DNA from: the human T2T-CHM13v2.0 reference genome, Homo sapiens
DNA: 64,000 nucleotides
Direction: 5' to 3' (one strand)
Assembly (NCBI RefSeq): GCF_009914755.1
Contig: NC_060931.1
In this document: positions 54,193 through 64,000 of the stretch, in pieces
How positions within the stretch are numbered: position 1 is the stretch's first letter
Layout: every line of letters begins with the position of its first letter
The notes under the pieces: generated by a model
What the model was told of the DNA's origin: nothing
Databases searched by the model: none
What the model saw: the letters and a program-made list of their open reading frames with translations, nothing else
Made by a program: the position numbers and the translations under genes

Positions 54193-56029
54193 AACTGGGA
54201 TGATACCACACTGGAGAGTTAAGCTGTTAGCAAGAATGGAGCCCTGGAGATGAAGTGTAGTTCCTTTTTATTTAGGTATTGACTGTCAACCCAGTGGTAG
54301 ATGCTGGGGCAACAAGAGGACCACCATCAGTCCTCTGGCCCCAAGAGCTTCTATCCTGAAGGAAAAAAACATGCAAAATATAACGTGGTGAGTGCTTTCA
54401 AGGATGTGGGCTATGATGGGAACAGAGCAAAAGGAGCTTTCAGTTAGTAATGAGTAAAACTAGGATTAAGATCCAAGTCTTCCTACTTTAAATCCTATAC
54501 TTTTTACGTGAAAGCTCTGTATTAATTAGGTCCACCATGGTAGGAAGGTTCTTGGTGGTGTTAGTTTTGATTCTCAACTGCTTTAAGTTTTAAATACAAA
54601 CTCCAGGTGATATCTAAATGCCTTTTGGGAAGTTCTTAGGACAGCCTAGTGAGAAAGAATAAACTAGTATATTTTCTTCTTACTTACCAATTACTTCCAG
54701 AGTCCTGATTGTCATCCAAATGTCATCAAGACATCCTCATCTTGACCCAGTGTCCAATAGTGTAACAGTACTCAGCTGAGGCATCACAGCAGATACATGA
54801 ATGGGTCTATCACATAAAATAATTAGCTGGAGTGGAGCATAAATTAGCCCCAGGGAGTTGTACGGAGCCTATTTTAATCTATGTGGCAGGCAGATCTGAG
54901 TGAATACAGGTGTGTTGCACATGTGCACATACCTCTCCCACGTTTGGAAGTGGGGAAAAAAAGTTGGAGAGCTGCCACATTAGAGAAATGGCTATTAGGA
55001 TGCAATAAAAGTTAGAGAAAAAATTCTTTAAGTAGGAATTGTTCCTAAGTTGTTGGTAGAAAGGAGGCTAACCAGAAAGACAAGCTTGAAAAACATGCTG
55101 GCAGAAGAGAATATCTGCCTTTAACTAGTTATATAAGATCCAATAAATTTATCTATAGCACTGAGTTATTTCTGAGCATATTCCAATTTGAGAAATGCCT
55201 ATTTAGCTACTTTTATTTAACATTATAACGTATACTTCTCAGCATACTTGATACATAATAATTTTTGTGAAAATACATAAAAACAGTAAATTAAATGAAT
55301 TCCTTGGGGGGGGGGTCTTATAAATAATTTTAGATTTGGATCCCAATGCCCACTTAATCCAGACTAACTTGAAATACGGTCAGAGGCACAAAGTGGTTAA
55401 CCAATTCAACTCCACATGCAGAAAGCTAAAAATTCTAGTTTTCATAACCCATAAGATTTCAATGAAAGAGCCAGGCAATGAAACAAGAAATAGAGAAATA
55501 AAGGGAAAGGCAGAGATCATTTATACATCACTAAATGGTTTAAATATGGGTAGACTCTCGAGATACATAAACTGCCCTTATCCTTCCTGCTTTTACCTAA
55601 CCATGAATGCGACTGACCCTGGGAAATGGTCCCTTAATAGTTAAATTGACAATTATTGCAGTAGGGATTTGGGAACTAGGCTATTAAAATATCAGGCTAT
55701 TTTGGTTTTGCTTAAATATATCTTTACAAGGTTTCTTATAGAATCTTCAATCCGATATTTCCAGAATCTTTGTTGCATCTGGCAAACTGTTTTTTTTTTC
55801 CCATAGAGTGATTTACTTGGTAAAATTTGCATAAGTCTATTTAATAATAAAAGAAAAATAGGCATGTGACATTCTTCATTTTGTAATCACTATAGTAAGT
55901 GACACCAATACAAGGTAAAAACAATATATTCTAAAAACTGCCTCTGAATATTGAATTATTTTGGACTTAACTATCTTCCTGGGATGGTCCTCAAAGAAGA
56001 ATGGTTCAACATTAAATAGCTAAATCTGC

Positions 56030-56940
56030 TTATGCATTAATTTAAAATTAAAATATATTTATGGAATGCTTTTTATGAGTAAGGTATCATGTTAAACTCT
56101 AGGGATATCATTGTAAACAAAATAATTATATTCTTTCAAGGATTGTATAGTCTAGTGGCCATGGAAATAAATAAATGAAAACTTGCAATAAAGTGTGGTG
56201 AATATAATAAGAGGGGATTAGCAAAGGGAGCTCTGGAAATATATTAGACGGTGGGAGAAAGGAGTTAGTCTGGTACGGGGAGGTGCTGAGGAGGAGATTG
56301 TAAGAGAGGAGTCCAGGCAGAAGGAAAACCTTGAGTTATGAGAGGGCATGGCCTATTTAGGTAAAGATGGTAGATTAAAATCCAGGAATTGAAGGGAAAG
56401 AGGTAGAGAAAAAGAAGTGACACTACAGAGACAGACAGCCAAGGAAACTCTTAAGAACTTTGAACTTCATTCTTAAGGCTAGAAGGAACCCCAAAGGATT
56501 TTTAAGCAAGGAAATAAAATGATTGGATTAGTACTCAGATCAGTTGGGTGATAGCATGGAGAATGAATCAAGGAAACCCGTTGGGAGGGGTTGCTTTGAT
56601 TTGGATAAAAATGCTAATTGCCTGTACTAGGTAAGCTACTGGGAGGTGACACTGGAAACCGTAGACAGGTCTAAGGAATAATTTAGTAAGTACAACCAGG
56701 ATATAGTGTTAGGTTATTTGGAGTAAATAAGTCAAAGTTAGTAAACATGTTTCTGGCTTGAGAAAGTAGGTACCGTTCATGGAGACAGGTAAGTATCCCT
56801 TGAGAGGTTTGGAAGAAGATGAGGAACTAGTTTCAAACATACTGAGTTGAATGCTTATGGGACATCAAACAGACGTGTCAGGAACGCATTGGATTCACGG
56901 GTTTGGAGCTTAGGATATATCTGGGGTCAAAAGATAGATT
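56030..56940 (-). mobile_element. L2 fragment
   Basis: 'ccaggcagaaggaaa', 'ttgaacttcattcttaagg', 'ggatttttaagcaagg', 'tttctggcttgag', 'aacatactgagttg'. Confidence 0.75.
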
Positions 56941-58039
56941 GTGTATAATTGTGAATACTGTACCACTTTATACGCAACAAATTTAAGGGAGATAAAGATG
57001 CAGATTTATCATTTACATGCACTTCTAGAATGTGACCTTGTATTTTGGCACCACTAAAATCTGTTCAAGTAAAAATCAATTTTTAGAAATTAACGAATCA
57101 TATGGCTTCCACATGACCATTCCATACACACACACAATCTTATTTCCTACCTTTTCATTATCCAGTTCCATTTTTGTATACTTAAAAGGCACATTTTCAC
57201 CTTCATTAAAATTATTTCTGTGCCTCGTATTAAAAATTTTAAGAAGATAGATCTCAAGTGTTCTTACTACAATAACAATTATTTTTAAGAGCCATTCATA
57301 ATTTAGCATGTGACATAAGCCATGTTTACTTTCCAGAGCCTCCCTAATGTGTTGGAGTGATTATCTGTTCTTCCTTCAGTCTCTGTGAGAAATACCCATA
57401 CCCAGAGTCCCGGAGCTAAGAAAAGCCAGAATGAATAAAATAGGCAAGTTCGGATTAACAGAAAATTTTTTGAAAGCCAGAAATACCGATTTCTTAAAAA
57501 ATTTCATTGGTATCAAAACAATGTATCTCTTTCACTCTACTCTTCCACTGAACAATAACACTGACCTGTAAAGTCAGAGGTAGTCATTTGGAACCTCTGG
57601 CTTTGGAAAGACTATTGCAATGTGCCATGTCTGACTTCAATTATTTCCTGCACTAGGTCTCAGGTTCTCCCCTAATTTGGTATCTTGAGTCCTTCCCCAG
57701 CAAGGTACTAGGGACGTGCCCAGAATGGTCAGGTTATCTATGCCTACCAGGAGAATAAGACCTCACTCTGCTGCTTGTCACTCCTGTCTGGGGATGTCAT
57801 AGGTCATCTTCTCTCTGAATTCTGCATTTGCCAGAGAGAACCTTTCGTGTGAACTTTGGAATGGTGCCTCTTCCTGTATCCACAGGACTTGAGGAATGAA
57901 TCAAACCCTTTAAGCAGAATGCTTATACACCCAACATTCCATCCTCACTCTTCAATGCCTAGTTGACCTTGTAAAATGTTTGTTCTTGGTCTTTTTTTCT
58001 TAAAAACCAATAAAATTGGATACCTTTTTGTAAGTATCT

Positions 58040-58965
58040 CCATAAGTTTCAAAAATGTGATTATCTTAATAATCTTTTAAATTTACCTAAATACATAAAG
58101 AATTAAACACATTTTTATCCCCTCTCCTGTCTCCAAAGCCCTACTAAAATGGTAATGAAGGAATTTTTAAATAATGGAATAAAGAATCAGAAAGAAAATA
58201 GGAGAGAATAGCAAATCAAGAATAACACAATTTTAGAAGAAGACATATAGATGGAGAGTTAACTAGACTTACCAAAAATAAAAAGCTGAAATCTAGAGCC
58301 TGCATACAGTTAGCAAAAAAAGGTTTAAAATATAGATATTCTATCCATGAAATAAAAATATGATGCCATACAAAAAATGATTAACAGATTGAAGTAAGAA
58401 GGGGAAAAATAACTTATAAATTATCCTATGTGTTTGTGTAGAAAATAGCATTCACTAGCATTTTAAAGATTATCGATGCATTTGGGAAATGTGGCAATAC
58501 ATAATTAGAAAATTAAGCAAATAGAAAAATGAGGCAACTATTAATTCACAGGGGAAAAGGGCATATAAAACGATAGTACACTGGAGTGAATAATATTTAC
58601 ATAATTATAATTAAAGCATCGGTGAATTTAATAAAAACTGTGATTACACACGAGGGGAGGTGTGTGTGTGTGTGGGTGCATGTATGGAAAGGAGAGCTAA
58701 ATATTCATTAGATTAGGAATCAGGTTAGAAATCAAAGTGAAATGTGTAAAATTGATAAATCAACAAATAGTAGTATAAAATTACTTTTAAAATGTGAACT
58801 GTATTTCAGAATAAATTGCTAAGGAAGTTGAAAATGATTGCCTCAAAGGAGAGTGTGGGTTGGTGACAGGTGTAGTGGGACACTCTTGTTATTAAATATA
58901 AGCCTTTTTGTGCTACTTAACTTTTAAAAATATGTTATTTTGTCAACATAAAAATAAAGTAAAAT
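58040..58965 (+). mobile_element. Old L1M fragments
   Basis: A-rich; 'gttgaaaatgattgcctc', 'aaggagagctaaat', terminal aataaa; boundaries uncertain. Confidence 0.4.
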
Positions 58966-59100
58966 ACATTTATCTGACAATATACAGAAAGATGTGAGCT
59001 TAACCTTGGATCTGATTCACCCCTCTCACATTTTAGAGTAAAACAAATGTGTATTTTCAATACAATAAATATTCCTCTTAGTGGTTGGTCCCTCCATGCT

Positions 59101-59288
59101 TATTGGGTACCTTCTATGTGCCACACACTATTCTAGGGACTGGAGAAACAGCAGTGAACAAAATGAACATAAATCCCTTACCAAGTGTACATGTATAATG
59201 AAGAAGTTAGAGAATAATGACATAAGAAAGTAGAACACAAGTTGGTTAGATGTTAAGTGCTAAGAAAAAAAATGAGGCTGGAAATGGG
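59101..59288 (-). repeat. L2 3'-end fragment, copy A of a local duplication
   Basis: About 86% identical by hand alignment to 62453-62637. Confidence 0.85.
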
Positions 59289-60081
59289 TCCCAAAGATTT
59301 GAAAATGTGACTTATTTGGTAATCACTTGTAATTTTTTTCTTCATAAGAATGTTCTTAGCATTCTTTCTGAACTTCGCATTCTGAGAATCAGTATGTTGC
59401 ATATTTTATATAAAAAGCCTTAAGTCTTAGAATTCCTGTCTGCCTTACCTCAGGAAATCTTGGTTGTTCGAGATATTGCAAAAATCCTGTTTCCTTTCAG
59501 TATTTACGGGCATTTTTATAAGGTACTCAAATTTTGTATTTCTACTGGAGGATAGAGGAATTTGTGAGCTTTGTGGGTAATTCGATGGCTCAATGTTTTG
59601 GGCAAAGATTAAAAAAATTACCACATTCCACAACTTTTACAAATCAAAGAAGTCCAAATCTGTACACTTTGCAATGTAACTTATGAGACATAGTAACAGA
59701 TTTTGAGGTATTTATATTGCAAAGAAACAAAAAATAATAATTATTCATAGAAAATACTAAGTTTGGACGGCTTGTATATCATTTGGGGTGGTTTCCATCA
59801 GCACACAGTACAGTGGACACGTGGTATAAATCTGCCTTTGTCTTTTGATGATGAGTCAGGCAAGCCAGAGTCCTACTTAGCTGAGTCTATTAGGTTTGAA
59901 CATGAGGAATCATCAGTAGAATGAGCCCCACATTTCAAAGCTACATAGACAGTTCTACTGCCCAACTGTTTTAAGCATTTCAGAAGTCTACTATTTCAGC
60001 TTTTCTGGCCCAAGCTCTGGAACAATTTCTCTTCTTTCACTCTCTCTTCTCCATACATTATAATTTCAGGAGATTAAGTAC

Positions 60082-60450
<369 letters not shown>

Positions 60451-61464
60451 TGAGAATATTTGAATAAGTCTTCATATCAAAATTGAGGTAGAAATGCTAT
60501 GTTCTTTTTATCTAAGAGCATTAAAAAAAGCTGAAAAGCATTTTTACCAGAATAAAACAAATGAAAGGAATAGGAAATGCCAGAAAAGTAATGTATGTAA
60601 GATTGGCCACATTCGCAAAGAGCCATGTATGTGATTATGTGAAATGGGGAAAAATATCTCCCCATAGAATGCTTTTAATGCTTATTATGATCATTTAAAT
60701 AGAAAAACCTTTTCCACCAAATATATTATTAGAAAAAAATAAATCTACAAATAGGCCAGAAACCATTTTAAAAAGAAAATCATCATATTATTGCATAGAC
60801 TTTGTTTATAAGATTTTATTCATTCTTTGATTTCAGCTTTGGGAAAGATGCTACAGTTAATTGACTAAATAAGAATTACAATAATGGGGAAAGTTAATGG
60901 TGACTTTAAGAGAAATACGATCAAAGCTTTAGCTCCCTGACTTTAAAAAGCAAGCTCCTTACACAATAAAAAAGCAATTCTGGGCACTGGTTGCTAGGTG
61001 TTGGGACTCATTCTTTTTGTCATCAAAGACCTCTTGTATTTTTTTCAATTAAAGTGACAGAAATACTGAGAAGTGCCAAGAAAACTGATAATGGAAAGTA
61101 CTAAAATCTTTCACAAAATTTTGAGCTTCATAAGGAATAGGATCTGGCTCAAAGGCAAAATAAACATTAATTTTCTTGTACATAATTAGCTTACATGTTT
61201 CTCTTAAAGGAGGAAGTAATGAGAGGAGATGTCCTAATACAGGTTCCTCTTAAGTTAACATCTCTGTTGCTTTCTGGCTCTGTTAGATGACTATCCTGAG
61301 GAAACGTTTTCTAGGCTGGTAGCTCTGATGTCATTTAGGATGAGACAACAAGACCTGTATGAAGGCCACATTGAAAGAAGAGTGACCTTGAAATGGATTA
61401 AAACATTCAAGATTTGAAGCTTTCTTGATCTAGGCATATTCTGGCAGATAATATTTCTATTTTC

Positions 61465-61747
61465 TTTTGAGATGGAGTCTTGCCCTGTCACCGAGGCTGG
61501 AGTGCACGACGCGATGTCAGCTCACTGCAACCTCTGCCTCCCAGGTTCAAGCAATTCTCCTGCCTCAGTCTCCTGAGTAGCTGGATTACAGGTGCATGCC
61601 ACCACACCAGGCTAATTTTTTGTATCTTTAGTAGAGATGGAGTTTCACCATGTTGGCCAGGCTGGTCTTGAACTTGTGACCTCGTGATTTATCCGCCTCA
61701 GCCTCCCAGAGTGCTGGGATTACAGGTGTGAGTCACCCCGCCCAGCC
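61465..61747 (-). mobile_element. AluS, full length, almost no tail
   Basis: 17-bp TSD aatatttctattttctt (61450-61466, 61748-61764). Confidence 0.95.
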
Positions 61748-62452
61748 AATATTTCTATTTTCTTATAGGCTACCAAGAAACCTATACAATGAGACCTATT
61801 TGTTCAAATGGCTAACATTTGTTGAACACCTACTATATGACAGGTACTGTGGTAGGGACCAGAATTAGAATAATGGTCAGAATAAGAAATTGTCCTTCAT
61901 ATTTTAGAGCTGATAGGCTGGTCGGATTGGCACTAATGAAACATAAAATCAAACATACAATGACAAAATTAAGATATGTAGATATTCTGATGAAACATAA
62001 TTATGAGATTCCCTGGCAGCACTGAAGACTAAAGGAGTCATGACCATTTTATTGATGAAACAGTCATGGAGCTGGTATCAAAACGATGAGTAGGATTTAA
62101 GTAGGGAAAGAATATTGGGGACAGGGAAGTATGAACAGGAAAGTTCTTTAGACAAAGAGAACAGTAGGTAGGATGGCCCTGAGATGGAAGAAGCATGGTG
62201 CATTTGAAGAACTGGGAGCAGGTGGCTGAAGTATGTTGATGGGCAAGGAGGGCATTTGAAGAGATGATGCTCCAGAAATAGATAAAACTAGAATAGAACT
62301 GGGTGGTTTTGAAACTCATCTGAAGTGGTTTGCCCGTCCTTTGTTGATTTGATTACTTTACTGGTCGCCTTTTATCCCCATACTGAATCCCATTATCTCC
62401 CGTCCCAGACAAATGTTCTAATGTAATAAATGAAATTCATTCACTAAGCAAA

Positions 62453-62637
62453 TATTGAGCATCTCCCATGTGCCACACACTACTCTAGGAACTGGAGAAA
62501 TAGCAGTGAACAAAATAGACATAAATCCCTTATCAAGCTTACATTTATAATGAAATTAGAGAATAGTGACATAAGTAAGTAGAACATAAGTTGGTTAGAT
62601 GTTAAGTGCTAAGGAGAAAAATGAAGCAGGAAACAGG
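62453..62637 (-). repeat. L2 3'-end fragment, copy B of a local duplication
   Basis: See copy A; preceded by the L2 tail 'attcattcact'. Confidence 0.85.
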
Positions 62638-62999
62638 CACCCGGAAGTATAAGAAATGTATTTCTCTGTTTCAATATATTGTTGCTAATACCAATTGTTG
62701 TTTTACATGAAAACATTTAAATTCATATAAATGGCATTGTGCTATCAATCTTGTTTAGTTTTTAATTCTTTCTACTTAGAGCTATTTTCTTAATATCTAT
62801 TCATGTAATTATGAGTGTGGATAATCTGTTGCTTCTGAATGTTGTGTAATACCCCCATACATCCCCCTCATATCTTATGTATCCATACTTCCAATAATGG
62901 AAAACAAGATTACCTCCATTTCCTTGCTCTCAGAGCAAAGCCAAGCCATGGCTCCATGGACTTTGTATGCATGTGAGAGGAGGTGGCAGTGGAAGAGAA

Positions 63000-64000
63000 A
63001 TAAGACTGGCTTCGTATTTTCAAAACATACCTCTAGATGCAATGTGAAAACTGGAGTGGAGGGAATCCAGATTCTATTTAGGAGAGTGATTGCAGCAGTC
63101 TGGGAAGAAATGTGCATTTTAGACTAGGTTGATGGCAATGGTAGAACTAAGGAGAAATGGAAGAATTCAAATGATACTGAAAAAGTAATGTTGATTGGCC
63201 TTGGTGATAAAATGGATATGGAGATGCAAGAGAGGGATGTGTCAAGAGTGACTCAGCATTCTAATTTAGGCAACTGGGTGGAGAAGAATTTTTGCACTAA
63301 GGTGGTGAACATCGGAAAATGACCTCTTAAAGAGAAATATTACATGGCTGTAACACTGATTAACATGTAGAATTTAATGAAATCTGTAATATAACCACTT
63401 TAATCTAACCACACCATGAAGGAAAGATTCACTGAGTACTTATTATATGCTATTAACTATGCCAGGATTTAAAAGTCCAGTAGAGTGACAAAAAAACTGC
63501 CAAATCAAAATATTATAATTCTGTAATTATTATGATGAAGCCTATCGGGGACATAGAACACAGAGCATGCTGAAGTCTGTTTGGAGATGAATGGAATTTC
63601 ACTAAGAGGAATCTGGAAGGAGGGCAGAAGGAAATCTAAGCACAAAGAGATGGAAATGTAAACAAATATAATATTTTAGGGGAAGTTCAAGGAATCTGTT
63701 TTTGCAAGGAAGGAGTTAGTGGTTTTCAGTGGGGCGTGGGGCCATATAATTCTCTGGCATACAAAGGATTTTATGGAGACTGTGACGGGAGGTACTCGAG
63801 CAGAAAAGTAGTGATTAGATTCGGACACTAGAGAGATTACTCCAGCATCAAGAGAGAAAGACAGGTAAGGACACTACTCGTTGGCGACCTCTGAAATGAC
63901 GACTGTATGAACTATGGCAGGGACATAGGGATTGGATAAGAGGGGCACATGAAGGAGGTGTTCAGAAAGTAGACTTGAAAGGACCTCATGATTAATTGAA
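63000..64000 (-). mobile_element. L2 fragments
   Basis: 'ttggattggatatgg'-like, 'gtcaagagtgactc', 'ggcaactgggtgg', 'ttattatatgc', 'gtgattagatt' motifs; two or more pieces. Confidence 0.55.

Overview
AT-rich primate DNA, human-like (AluJ/S/Y and a HERV-H LTR7 are present). I found no CpG island, no recognisable protein-coding exon and no intact RNA gene, so this looks like intergenic or deep-intronic sequence. I could not identify the locus. The supplied ORFs are Alu-, L1-, LTR- or microsatellite-derived, or chance; the only protein-like stretch is a ~50-codon HERV-L pol remnant at about 31326-31485. The window is mostly interspersed repeats: about 17 Alu copies or fragments, L1M/L2/L3/MIR relics, MER6, MER58, MER5A, MADE1 and several solo LTRs (MLT1, four MER34-type, an LTR10-like, LTR7). 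I see no evidence for a new multi-gene system. The most unusual items are structural or regulatory: (1) a patchwork insertion at 48391-48555 apparently copied from two donors 1.2-1.8 kb away on either side; (2) an LF-SINE relic at about 2001-2260; (3) a 602-bp HERV-L mini-element that ends at a cryptic CA inside pol yet has a near-perfect 5-bp target duplication; (4) a solo LTR7 with the LTR7up SOX motif; (5) a 36-nt U2 snRNA retrocopy with a TSD; (6) an old ~190-bp local duplication of an L2 end. Repeat family names come from my recollection of consensus sequences, not from a database search, and boundaries of old elements are approximate.
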